A stretch of DNA of 64,000 bases, taken from NCBI GenBank assembly GCA_029953675.1, contig JAMWBK010000001.1, positions 1 through 64,000 on the forward strand. Reading direction: 5' to 3'. Source of the DNA: Rhodosorus marinus CCMP1338. Taxonomy: Eukaryota > Plantae > Rhodophyta. Numbering within the stretch: position 1 is the stretch's first letter; the number at the start of each line of letters is the position of its first letter. This document shows positions 44,861 to 56,850 of this stretch, one piece after another. The translations under genes were made by a program, and so were the position numbers. Below the pieces are notes generated by a model. That model saw nothing but the letters and a program-made list of their open reading frames with translations. It did not search any database and had not been told where the DNA came from.

Positions 44861-45922
44861 TAATCTCGAAGAAGCCGGAAAAGTCATCAAGTTGCATCTA
44901 CAGAACAGTCGGATGGAGAATTTCTCCTGACCTGGTAACAAAGAGAGCGGTGGTCACGCTTGCGGAGGCTTAAGTCTCCTAAGTCTTGATAGCTAGAGAA
45001 TAACGCAGGTCGTTACCTGATATGCTGTCCTGCGTTTTCGTATCCAAAACCCTCTGCAAGCTGCGCTTGCGTATCAGAGAGAGCAAAAAGTACAAAAATC
45101 GTTCAAAACTAACCGCAGCCTAAAAAGTTATAGAATTATATAAGATGGACGTAAAATTGTACCTAAAATATGGGAAATATATACAAGCAAGATATAAAAA
45201 GATATTAAAACCATCAAAAAAGGCGGAAAAAGATACAAAGACCAAAAAAAGACCTGGGAGGCAAGCAGGTGCAGCGGCCCGTGAAAAACGACACACCTTG
45301 GTTCCCTTATTTTCTTTTTATCGCTGTAGATGAATACGAACTTTCACACTCCCCCTTGTCCGACACCACTACGTTGGTAAGTGGTTGATCAGTCTTATTG
45401 GGCTCCACTAGGAAGGCTTCTAGTAGAAGTGCCGCTTAGTCGAACCGTCGAAAAAATTGTTGCGAGAAATGGACGCTCCATTCGTCCCAAGACGCCTCAT
45501 CTCAAGTCAAAACAACACACTCCATGGGCCTCCGACCACAAGTTTCTTCAGCATGCGAGGTCGCTTGCCTAGCTACTCAATCCATTATGCGACAAAAGTG
45601 AGTTTTCCAATTCACACTTATTCAAACGGAATCTTTGTCGAGAACTTGGTGGTCCTCATCGCGATTCGCACCCATTCGTGTCTCAAATGATTTAAGCAGC
45701 CAAGAAACCAACCCAACGTTCTCGAAAAGGTTGGGGGAGATTGCTTTTGGGTCCTTACTCTGGATTCTGATGGGGGGTTCCCACATAAGGGGCATACACG
45801 GCTTGGGCACGACGAGCTGGTGAAGATATCTTCGAACAGTGGTACCGGAGTTGAGAAGGGTTCTTGAGGCTGTGGGTGTTAGTCTGTTTGCAGACGAAAT
45901 ACGGGGCATCGGTGAAAGAAAT

Positions 45923-47078
45923 ATGGACATCGGATTCTGTTCGATCAACTTTGTGAAACTTGACATCCTCAAAGCGGCGAGTTCAGCATGCAGGGATCGG
46001 GTGGTTAGGGGGCGGACCAGGGTTGGGCGGGTAACCATGTCCAGTTCGGGAGGTGGAAAACAGAAAAAATCAGGAATGCCGCGCTGGGTGGCTGGTTTGG
46101 GATTCCTCGTGGTTTTGACGGCTCTGGTGTCCCCTGCTTTTGCGCCCCTGCTTGGCCCTCCGAAGTTGTCTGATACCGAAGTCAATCAGAGGCTGAACAA
46201 GGTCTGTGAATGATCGAATTAGCTTTGAAACAAAATTTCGCACGGGAGCTGCTTTTCTTGCTTCCCGTGTGCTGATATGATCACCGCATGTCCATCGAAC
46301 CTTGATTCATTTGCTTCTGCGCAGGTCGTACTGTTCTCTGTGACTGATCAAGGTGGAAAACCGTTCCTCACTGAGACTGCAAAGGAAAGGATTGGATATT
46401 TCTTCTTTGATCCGACAGATGCGGAAGCATTTCTCTCCAAGGCGAAAGAGTTTGACGAAAGTAAGGTAGAGAACCAGTAAGGGCTAAATACAATCGTGCT
46501 GGTTTGGGATAGCTAACGTCCACTACTTTCTCAGGCGCCAAGATCTTCCCGGTAACGTTGGACGAGGCCTACAAGTTTGTTGCGAGGAAAGGCGGTGACA
46601 CGTTCAGGTTGATGGCCAATAGAACTGAGGTTGAGGAAGCAGAGAAGATCATTGGATCTAACTTCAGCGGAAGCGCTCCGCTTTTCTTCGTTGATGGAAT
46701 GTCGTTTCAATCCGCCGACGGAGAAAAGAAGGTGATTCCCCTCTTCTTCGAGAAAGAAGATCTGGAAGCCACAATTGCGAAGCTGGCCCGGGAGAACCCG
46801 GCTCTCAAGGATTCGGTAGGGAGGAGAGAAGTACCACAACAGAAACTACAGAAAGTTCAGATTGCTTCTGTGACAGGGAATGCTGTATGAAGATAGCTGA
46901 ACCTTCCTTCACTCGGTACCATCGTGCACAGATTCCAAGCGAATTTTCCGTGATTGATCTGGGTAGTGCCCTGGACGAGATGAAGTCTGGGCGGAACCCA
47001 GCTCTACAAAATGTTGTGTTCTATCCGTCGGAGACTGCCATGGCGTACTTGAGATCAATGCAGGGTAGCGGGAATTAG
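45923..47078 (+). CDS. TIC22: Tic22-family plastid intermembrane-space protein, 4 exons
   Basis: Inferred exons are 45923-46201, 46325-46460, 46535-46815 and 46932-47078. Motifs: L..V.LFSVTDQGGKP..GYFFFDPTDAEAFL, AKIFPVTLDEAY, PLF..IPLFFEKEDL, VIDL..VVFYPS. An N-terminal transit-like peptide is present. Confidence 0.85.
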
Positions 47079-49106
47079 CCGATTGTACAGTCGCCGGGGC
47101 TCTTCCGAACGCAACTCCCTGAAGTTATATTGCGAACCTTCGTGGGAACCTTTCGCAGCGTTCCCCAATCTCCATAGTTTTGTTGGAAGTTTCTCCGCCA
47201 GGCCTTTGCGACATTTTTTGTTTTGGGTTCGCTTTCCATTTTGTCGCCAAACATTCACAAAGCTTACTCCAAACCCAGCCTCAACCAATCTGCTTTGGAG
47301 TGCTTGAGCCTTGACTTTCAATCAAAAGTCTGCTACAGTTTTACAGTGAATGAATTTGTTCAAAGTAGGGAACCGATCCATCTCTGGATCATCCCCCGGA
47401 ATCAGAGGACTTGAGACTTAACGTTTTGATCAGATCAGCTTTATCGCCAACTTATGGATGGGCGGCGGATAGAATGTATGCTTACCTCATAATTTGCGGG
47501 ACTTGCCAAACGTCCGTTGGGATAAATAAGTCAAGAAATTTCGTATCGGGCGTTGGATATTTGAAGAAGTTCATGCGATTAATCGCATCAAGAGAATGAA
47601 TACCAAAAGCAACTGGTGCAATGCTTTGATTGCTCGTCAACCTTCGAAGACCCGAGGACGAGCAGGCAGATTGATTGTGATTGAAATGAATGCAACAATT
47701 TTCTGAGCTCCAACCGCGTCACCAGAACTCTGCACTGCTCCTAGTCCTTGGCGCGGTAGTCCTGCATTCTCCGTGCTCATTGAACAACCGCGTAGCAGAT
47801 TTGATCAGATATTAGCGAAGCGTTGAGGGTGCTGACACAACTGCATCACGCGTTGCTTTGGCCTAAAAGCCGGGACTGTTCGGTGCATTCTAATGACTGA
47901 CGGCCAAGGAGGCTCGTCCTGGCGAGGCTGGTCAGGCGGATTGGTCAGACTTCCACGGGAACAAAGGACTTAAATTATAGCGATTGCCTTTTAATTAGGA
48001 CAATTTAGCGAAATACGCGGAACGCTGGACAGCATATTCCCTGAGGGAGAACGGCGACGTCTACCAACGTGTCGCCTAACCCTGAAGCTAATCAGCGTCA
48101 AAAAGCGCGAGTTTCCTAAATCATAACATGTGGGAGTCATAATGCTCACAATAAGTAGCCAATCATGTCTCAGCTTTGACGGCAACTTTAATTTTTTTCG
48201 GTTGTCCTAGTCCATATGTGATGACTTGATAAAAATAATATATATATGTAAGTTAATCTCGACCAGTGGACCTCAGGTTCGTGAGCCATCAGCGCTTCAG
48301 ACACAACGCTTCGAATCAACTGACTGACCAATTGTTTTGTCCGAAGGCTACAGCCGTTGTCCTTCCGCGAAAAACCAAATTCGAGCGAGAGTCGTAGTCC
48401 AGTTAGCAAAATTGTCTTTTAGGTACGATTTGGAAACGCAGCAGATGGGAAGAGTGAATATTCTATTGGCCTCTCCGCTTCCGTGATTTGATCTGCACGA
48501 GTACTAAAGTATGTTCTCGAACAGCCGCTGCCTCCTACTTAGAAACAGGCGCACGGAATGACCATTCGGTCTAACAGTGCCGAGTGAGATCCTGCTCTTC
48601 TGGAAATTGAACACACCCAGGTGCAGCTTATTTCCAGTACAACATAATCCAGCGCAAGTCGAAACTGCGAGTATGTACGGAGGAACTTCTAATCCACTTG
48701 TTGAGGTTCTACAAAACACTGCAATCGACGAACGGTTTGTTATATTGAAAGAAAAAAAGTTGTCCTCATAATCGAAAGCTACCAGGCCCGAAAACAGGAG
48801 CCCCGAGATGGACAACCCTTTGTGTGGCTGAAAAAATTGCAATTTGGTTGGGGGACACACATACCCGTATCCTCCATAAATCTGCAAAAGGGGGCTGATA
48901 TATGGTGTGGGATGCTGAAACAGTAGATTGGGGGTGGGGGGAGGGAGTTGTCTACTACCATTTGGTTACAAGGGTACGACTTTAAGGGTAGAGAGCTGAA
49001 GTAGGCTTGTTGTGGGGGGAGCGGGGGAACGAACTTCCTTTACCGATCAGCGGGAAGCAAAAGGGGGACTGGAGCTGCTTGGCTGGGTCAAAGAAATCGA
49101 GACGAA

Positions 49107-50732
49107 ATGGTGAGTGCGTTCGTTAGCTTGGGAGGTGTCAGTGGGATTTCTGGCATAAGGGGACTGAAGAAAAGTTCAAGGAGGAGGAATCTTGTTTGGA
49201 TGGACGCTGGGAATGGTAACGGCAATGGAGCTTCCACTGCTCCGTTGCCCAAGGATGCAATGAAGGACCAGAGCGGGATGATGGACCTTGACCTGACCGG
49301 TTCAGTGCCACGCAGAAATACGCGAGCTGTACGGGTTGGAGATATTCTGATAGGGGGAGCGAACCCTGTGGTCATCCAGTCTATGATAAACGAAGATACC
49401 ATGGACATTGACGGATCGTATAGGGCGATAAGGAAACTGCATGAGGAAGGTTGTGAGATCGTGAGGCTGACCGTTCCGTCGCTAGCACATGCCCATGCGG
49501 TCGGCTTTATTAAGGAGAAACTCAGAACCGAGTATGAAGATGTCCCCTTGGTTGCAGACGTGCATCACAACGGCATGAGGATAGCGCTCGAGGTAGCTAA
49601 GCACGTTGACAAGGTCAGAATCAACCCGGGCCTGTATGTGTACGAAAAGCCGGACCCCAACCGTGTAGAGTACACAGAGGAAGATTTCAAAAAGCTCGCT
49701 GAGCAGATGAAGGAAAAGCTCGAGCCTCTCATTGTGAGTTTACGGGATCAGGGGAAGGCCATGCGTATCGGCGTGAACCACGGCTCGCTTGCTGAAAGAA
49801 TGCTCTTTACATATGGAGATACTCCGGAAGGAATGGTAGAGAGCGCCCTCGAATGTATCAGAATTTGCAGGGAGCTTGATTTCCACAATCTCATCATTTC
49901 AATGAAGGTGAGCAATGTGCATGCAGAACACAGGCTTTTTGTCATCGGTCGAGGCTAACCTCGAACACACCTCCTCTGAATATGGATATGCAAATGTGCT
50001 TTGTTCTTCTTTCCGGCAGGCAAGCAAAGTACCTGTGATGCTTTCAGCCTACCGACTGCTTGCTCAACGGCTTGAGGCGGAAGGTATGAACTATCCTCTG
50101 CACCTTGGAGTGACAGAAGCAGGAGATGGAGAGTATGGGCGTATCAAGTCCACACTGGGAATCGGGACACTGCTTGCTGAAGGTATCGGAGACACCATCA
50201 GGGTCTCCCTTACTGAGGACCCAGTCAAAGAAATCCCTGTGGGCTATGGCATCCTTCAGGGACTAGGACTTCGAAGAACCATGGTGGAGTACGTGGCCTG
50301 TCCATCCTGCGGCCGTACGCTATTCAATTTGGAGACCGTACTTCACGAGGTAAGCACCAGACCCTCCACTTTCGCTGGCTATGGTTTCTTTTGTCCCATC
50401 AGATAGCTACATTGTGACGGTAGGAATGCTGACCGTAGTTTGTGTCACAGGTACGAGAAGCAACCAAGCACATGCCAGGATTAAGCATTGCAGTCATGGG
50501 ATGTATCGTAAATGGCCCAGGGGAGATGGCGGATGCCGATTATGGATATGTCGGCAGAGGTCCTGGTACGATTGCTTTGTATCGCGGGCGAGAGGAGATC
50601 CGCGTGGTTCCAGAAGAGGATGGTGTACAGGAGCTGATCCGCCTCCTCCAGGGGGATGGGGTGTGGGTGGATCCGCCGGAACTGTCAGCGGAACAGGAGG
50701 AGACAGTTGAGGCTGAGGCAGTCGCGGCATGA
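49107..50732 (+). CDS. ispG: 4-hydroxy-3-methylbut-2-en-1-yl diphosphate synthase (MEP pathway), plastid-targeted, 3 exons
   Basis: Exons are 49107-49907, 50020-50349 and 50451-50732. Motifs: [88 protein letters not shown]. Confidence 0.97.
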
Positions 50733-51240
50733 TCTAGTCGACCGCGGCTATGCGATCTAACCACGGCGGAGAATTGTTTTTGATCGGTGTCCGTGACTTT
50801 TTCGGCTGGAGAATCCGTTCTTCCAAACCGCGCAAATTTCTTGCAGTATTCTGATTCGGTAGAGCTCGAGCTTGGTTAAATATCAGCTATTAAGGAATCA
50901 GAATCATTGTGCAGAACTCTTCATGTCTCGTACCCCGCGAACTGCTTCCGGTATGCTGATTCAGTAGACCTCCAGCTTGGTTAAGTTTAAAAACCAACTG
51001 TCCAACCATTGCCATTGAGGATTCAGTATCATTTGCAGAATTCGTCACGTCTCATGGGTGATTCGGCCCTAGGCTACCTTACGGAGCTCCAATTGCGTGA
51101 AGATCGAAAATCCACGTGAACTCCCGCGGCCATTGAAGCGCCCTGAGACCATCGTTGCTATCCAAGAATGGGGTCTTTGGTACAAAACGCAGAGCAGAAT
51201 TATGTTGTCTGAAAAAGAATGCGTTGCATGATCTTCCCCT

Positions 51241-52176
51241 TCATCTCGGTGCTCTCTTAAAGGCCTTCTCCCTCGCTTTGAGGTCCATTTTCTCAGTTGC
51301 ATGAATGGCTTCCGCAACTCGCATTTGAGTGTGAGAAATGGCTGGTTGGCGCTTCTTGACGGCCTGCTCGGCAATTTTCTCATCTACGCTCTTCCTCTTC
51401 TCCTTTTCCTGCTGTTTTCTGCGCAGCTGAAAACCGTACTCGCATTGCTCATAGTACACACGTTCATACTCATACATATAGAAAAGCCTTTCTTCGTGTG
51501 GCACGAAAGAAAGAAGCGCACTTGCATCCACAATCTCTTTTGGCTTTAGCACGATGGCACATCCATCCCTCTTCCTCAGCGGTGCCAGGAACTTCGTATA
51601 GAAACTCGGGAGGCTGCTTTTGTTCAAGGTTTTGTAGTAAGCCACTGGGAACAGTTGGATCTAATTAAAGCAACGCCGCTCTCAGTTCAAAAATCCTCAA
51701 ATGCTTTCTGTTGCGTAAGTCCTTACCTTAATTTCGCCGTCCAGCAACCCGTTCAGCATGCCGGCGATGAGAGAAGGGTTCCTCTGCAGGTAGTGCATGG
51801 GACGGAAGCTCATCTTTTCTATTGCAGCTTTTTCCAGTCCGAGAGTCCGCAGTCTGACGGCAGACACATGCCCGACTTTCCTTGTACGGCGTTCGTGAGT
51901 GATTTCACCGCGTTCTCCTGGGAGCCCCGAAAACGCTCGTTTGCCTGGGTCGATAACGTGCAGCTCTGGTTCCATTGGTTCCCCTTCCGATTGGTGCGCA
52001 ACTCGGAAAGTCAACGCGAGAAACTTTTCCGCTTCAGTCGAAATCGTGCAAAGATGGGTTACATCCTTAGCTCCAGTCCTATGACCCACCGCCCGGGGCA
52101 GGTCAAATCTCGACTTGATCGCACTAGAGAACGGCGCAGTCCAATAACGAGATGCAATGGAATGAATCTCCGTCAT
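51241..52176 (-). CDS. Hypothetical protein (at least 2 exons; faint SPOC-like pattern followed by a basic coiled tail)
   Basis: ORFs 51697-52176 and 51241-51645 join in frame via AAG|GTAAGG...TAG|ATC (GEIK-IQLFPVAYYK). The start codon was not identified and the domain guess is weak. Confidence 0.5.
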
Positions 52177-52656
52177 CTCTTGAAACAGTCCTTATCGTTT
52201 GAACTTCAAATGGAAAAGCAAACCATCCTATCCCTTCCCAAAGCGAAGCTGAACTACTTTACACTTCTCCCAAGCCTTCCAGACGCCACTAGTAACAACC
52301 ATATAGGTTCGGGGTTGTCACTTGTATGTCCGAGAAGCGCGGCGCGGACGGCGCGGAAGAGGGGTTGGGGTGGAGCGTAGAAGATGAAGATCTTCTTGCA
52401 GGTCAGGATTTCTGATACCCCTCTGGTGCTACAGTGACCATACATACGCCAGCGTCTACCGTAATTTTTAGGCATTGTGGTTCAAGACGGGTGCTTGTGA
52501 GAGTTACTGGTCTCATTACGAGGATATCAGCTGCACGGAATTGTCAAGCACAAGTGGACTACTGCTATGAGTCATAGCCATAGCAGTCTGGGAGCACAGG
52601 AGCTAGAGCAGGTGCCGCGATCTAGGGTACTGGAGGTCACAAAATTGTTTGCTACT

Positions 52657-54398
52657 TCATTGGTCGTAAGGACCAATCTCATCCACAATCTGTCTCAAAA
52701 CGAGTGACCAATGTGTCCAGTGGGTTCCACCCTGAGCAAAGACGATGTAAGGCTCACGCAACGGGCCGTCCGCACTCAACTCAAGCGTACTTCCGTCCAC
52801 AAAGTTGCCATCCGCAAACACCACCTCGTCACCGTATCCGGGTGTGATCCCCGCTGTAGGTTCAATGTACGAACCGACCGGGCTATTTCGTTGCACGCAC
52901 TTACAAAACTCAAGCACACGCTCCCTAGAACCCAACCTGATCGCCTGAATAATGTCCGTCCTTGTGTCCTCAGGCTTCGGGTTAACGCTGTAGCCTAGCT
53001 CGGACATTACCCTCGAAACAAGTTTTACGCCTTTAAGCGACTCTCCAACAATCTGAGGAGCCAGGAATAACCCCTTGCAAAAAAAATGAAATACAAGAAG
53101 GGAATGTCAAGCTGACTTCACACGCTCTCCATGTGGAATTAACTCTGCTGGGCAACAATGTGCTGAGCCCAAAGATTCTCAAGGGCGTCTCAAGACGTAA
53201 GTGACATGGGGCCGTCGGGGTCCAGGCCAGGTTTGAAGATGATGTCTCACCTGCAGAAACTGCTTGTTAAACCCAAGTGATGGGCCACCAGCGACACCAG
53301 GTGCTGAGAGGCGGTTCGCTGCAGCTTTGACTAGATCTCGTCTCCCCGCCACGTATCCGCCCGTGGGGGCTAAGGTTCCTCCTGTAGATACGACATCGTC
53401 AAGGATTCTCAACGAGTTCAGCTCACAGTGAAACGCACAAGGAAAACGGAAAACGCAGGAACTGCACGCTCGAAAGCGATTGGCCTTGGATCCCGGTGCT
53501 GCGCTTCTATTGGACTGTCCGGAAGCCGCTTACCACAGTTTTTTATCAAAGAACCAGCCACTAAATCCGCTCCAACATGTGTGGGTTCTCTGAGCTCCGT
53601 GAGTTCCCCAAAGCAGTTGTCCACGAAGCAGACAATGTTTGGATTGACCGCCTTGATCGCTGCAATAATCTCCGAGATGGTAGCTACGGATAGGCTCGGT
53701 CTCCACGAGTACCCGCAAGATCGTTGGATGAGGACCACCTAGTTTCGGGTCCAGGAAAGGTGGGGAAAGTCAGGACTTCCCAGACCACGCCTCTTTATAA
53801 ACTCGGTGCTAGGGGCAATTACTTTTGTGTTTGGACTAATCGCCTCAATCAGTCCAGCAATATCGGCCGTTCCGTCGGGTAACAGCGGATGTTCTCTGTA
53901 GGAAATCCCGTAGTAGGCCAGTGAACCCGGCGCGTCACCTCTCGAGCCTATGACTTCCTCAAGAGTGTCGTAGGGCTCGCCCACAGCCGAAAGCAATTCG
54001 TCTCCTGGCCGAAGCGCCGCAAAGAGGGCTGCAGCAATCGCATGGGTACCGGAAAAGAATTGAACCCTCACGAGGGCAGATTCACACCCAAAAATTGAGG
54101 CGTACACCCTATCGATTACGTCTCTGCCCTCATCCCCGTGACCATAGCCGGTGTTGCCCGCAAAATGCTGCGAACCAACTCGGTGCTCTTGAAACGCATC
54201 CAGGACACGGCCGAGATTGTTTTGCACTAACGCATCTACCTTCTCGAAATCAGGTCTTAGTGAGGCAATCGCCTGATCAACAACCTCATCACCTGTCACT
54301 CGGCATACCAGCCTACCCCTGGGTCTCCTTCTCCCCGACGATCCGCCTACCGCACAGAAGCAAAAGTTTGCCGATCCTCCAATGTTAAAATCACCCAT
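52657..54398 (-). CDS. Aluminium-resistance / methionine gamma-lyase-like PLP enzyme (cyanobacterial-type cystathionine beta-lyase family), multi-exon
   Basis: Motifs: VLDAFQEHRVGSQHF..TGYGHGDEGRD..QFFSGTHAIAAALF..LRPGDELL..PYDTLEEVIG, FVDNCFGE..GADLVAGSLIKN, GGTLAPTGGYVAG, DIIQAI..GSTLELSADGPLREPY..QGG. The N-terminus is transit-like. Confidence 0.9.
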
Positions 54399-55177
54399 TC
54401 CTCACACGATCAATGCCTGTCCAGTGGAAAACAAGGGCCGAGCTTTCTTTCTTAAAATGTACCTGTGAGTCACTGGAAGTTGCTTTCTGCAACCGTTGAT
54501 GTCAACTCTACCCTGTTGAACTGTCCTGCCGACCTGTTGGATAAAAGCACCTGCCATTGTGTGCCGTGTGGAGAAGCTACAAGGTCGTAGCAGTAGCAGA
54601 ATCCCCGCACTCGTTGATGAACCAACTGCGTGACGCGCTTTTGCCCCGTCGGAATCTCAGGAGATCTATCAACAACCGGAAAGCCGTATTTCGCGTCTTG
54701 TTCAGCTTCTTGAAAATCGCGAGGTTGTTTACCAAGATTGTACACTAGCAGGACGGGCTCTGTCTCCATCGGCACTCGCAATTCGCTCTTGCAATGGCGT
54801 CAAAACGAAAAGTCGAAGTTTCACGATGTTCACACAGTGGATACTTGAGTTTCCGAACTGAAGTGTTGCGATGTAGCCGATCTGCAGCGTCCGCAGATAC
54901 TGGGCCAATGCCGTAGGTTTTTTTGTTGATGGCTGAAAAAATGAATGGAGGAAAGATGAGTAAAAAGCGTCGTAGCATCGTCTGGGCCAAGGTCAGCAGC
55001 CTATTTGCTACACAAGTCTTTCGGCTGGTATATCGTAACTTGGTAGTCAAATGGACAGATTATTTATTGATGTCAAATTTAGGTTTCCTCCAGACGTGAG
55101 AAAACGGAGAGCTACAGAAATTTTCCCTTTCTTTCGGTTTCTTTCCCAACGTCGATTGTAGAACAGCGGCAAACAAT

Positions 55178-56850
55178 CTACTCAGTAATAGCATCCATTC
55201 CACGCGCCCTGAGCTCCTCAGCAGTGGTAATGTCCGCGGGAAGAATGAGCTTCAGATCCCGCGCGGAAAGGAAGCCGCTGCCGGCCATTGCGGAGTTGAA
55301 GAGCCTCACAGCAGACCTCATCCGAGCCCTCTCGACTGCGTTACGAACGGTACGGGCGTTCGAGAAATACGGCATCATCATCCTGGTCTTGATATAATCC
55401 AAGAACACCGAATCGCATGATGGATCCAACACATACTCGGAATCGCGTGTCATGACCTACAGCACACGGCAGGAAAAACAAAAATTCAGAGCAAAATTTT
55501 CAAACTATCGAAACTTTCAAGCCATCGCGCAACGCGGTCAAGCTGGACTTCACAGCAACGTAGACATACCTTTCCAATCTCCACTAGCTCCTCAGCTGTG
55601 TAATTAGGGAACTCTATGTGGTTTCCAATCCTAGAGCTCATACCAGGGATGTACGAATAAAACCTATCCATCTTGTCCTTGTATCCCGCGAGGACAACGA
55701 CGAGGTCATCCTTATTGCTCTCCATGACATTGAGAAGGATTTCAATAGACTCCTGCCCGTAGTCACGATCGTTCGAAGCATTGTACAAGTAATACGCCTC
55801 GTCAATAAATAGAATACCTCCCATCGCTTCCTTGATCTGCTCTTTCGTCTTCGGTGCGGTGTGACCGACGTACTGACCGACGAGATCGTCGCGAGTTGCA
55901 ACCTGCATGTGGCCGCTTCTGCAGTAGCCCATCTTGGCGAGGATCTGTCCCATTCTCATTGCGACCGTTGTCTTTCCGGTTCCCGGAGCGCCGGTAAAAC
56001 TCATGTGCAAGGATGGTACAGCCGTCTCCAGACCAAGCTTCTTCCTCATCTTATCCACGATAAGCAACGCTGCAATTTCACGCACGCGTCTCTTCACGGG
56101 GATGAGGCCTACGAGTTCGTTGTCGAGAATGTCAAGTTGCTCCTGAACACCTTCCTGGAACATATACTCGTCCACGGTTCCAACAGGCGTAGTATCAGGA
56201 ATAGATTCAAGAAGCTTGAGTTTTTCAGCCTTGATCCTCCGCTGCTCCTCCAGCATGCGTTGGCGGCGTTCAATTTCCTCCTTCTCTTTTCTCGCCTCAA
56301 CGTCCGCTTCCTGTAAGGCATCGGTGAGCCTCCTCGTCACAGGCGTCTCATATCCGTCCTCTCCAGGCTTTGGCTGCAATCCACCAGGCTGCATTCCTGG
56401 CTGCCCAGGTTGCACTCCAGCCTGTCCAGGTTGCATACCGCCCGGTTGCATGCCTGGCTGACTTCCAGGCTGTTGACGTCCAGCCTGCCCAGGTTGCAAG
56501 CCGCCCGGTTGCATGCCTGGTTGACTTCCAGGCTGTTGACGTCCAGCCTGTCCAGGTTGCAAACCGCCCGGTTGCATGCCTGGTTGACTTCCAGGCTGTT
56601 GACGTCCAGCCTGTCCAGGTTGCAAACCGCCTGGTTGCAGGCCTGGCTGACTTCCAGCCTGCCCCGGTCGCAACCCACCCGGCTGCATCCCAGGTTGATT
56701 TCCACCCTGCCCTGGTTGCATTCCCCCTGGCGGGATACCACCGGGATTATATCCCCCGTACTGCGCCTTTACGACTGACCGGCTCGGCGTCACAGCCAAC
56801 GCTGAGGCTCCGTCACGGGGACCCCCCACAAAACTCGAAACGAAGGCCAT
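55178..56850 (-). CDS. cbbX: Nuclear-encoded CbbX (red-type Rubisco activase, AAA+), 2 exons
   Basis: Exons are 56850-55570 and 55456-55178. Motifs: [98 protein letters not shown]. The transit peptide begins MAFV. Confidence 0.96.
56360..56760 (-). repeat. Coding Q/P/G repeat in cbbX, including a 63-bp (21-aa) unit x3
   Basis: [21 protein letters not shown] is repeated; DNA period 63 (e.g. ACTTCCAGGCTGTTGACG at 56461, 56524 and 56587). Confidence 0.92.

Noticed and set aside
48504-48887. 127-aa minus-strand ORF upstream of ispG
   Set aside because: It shows no similarity to anything I recognise and probably lies in intergenic or promoter sequence.
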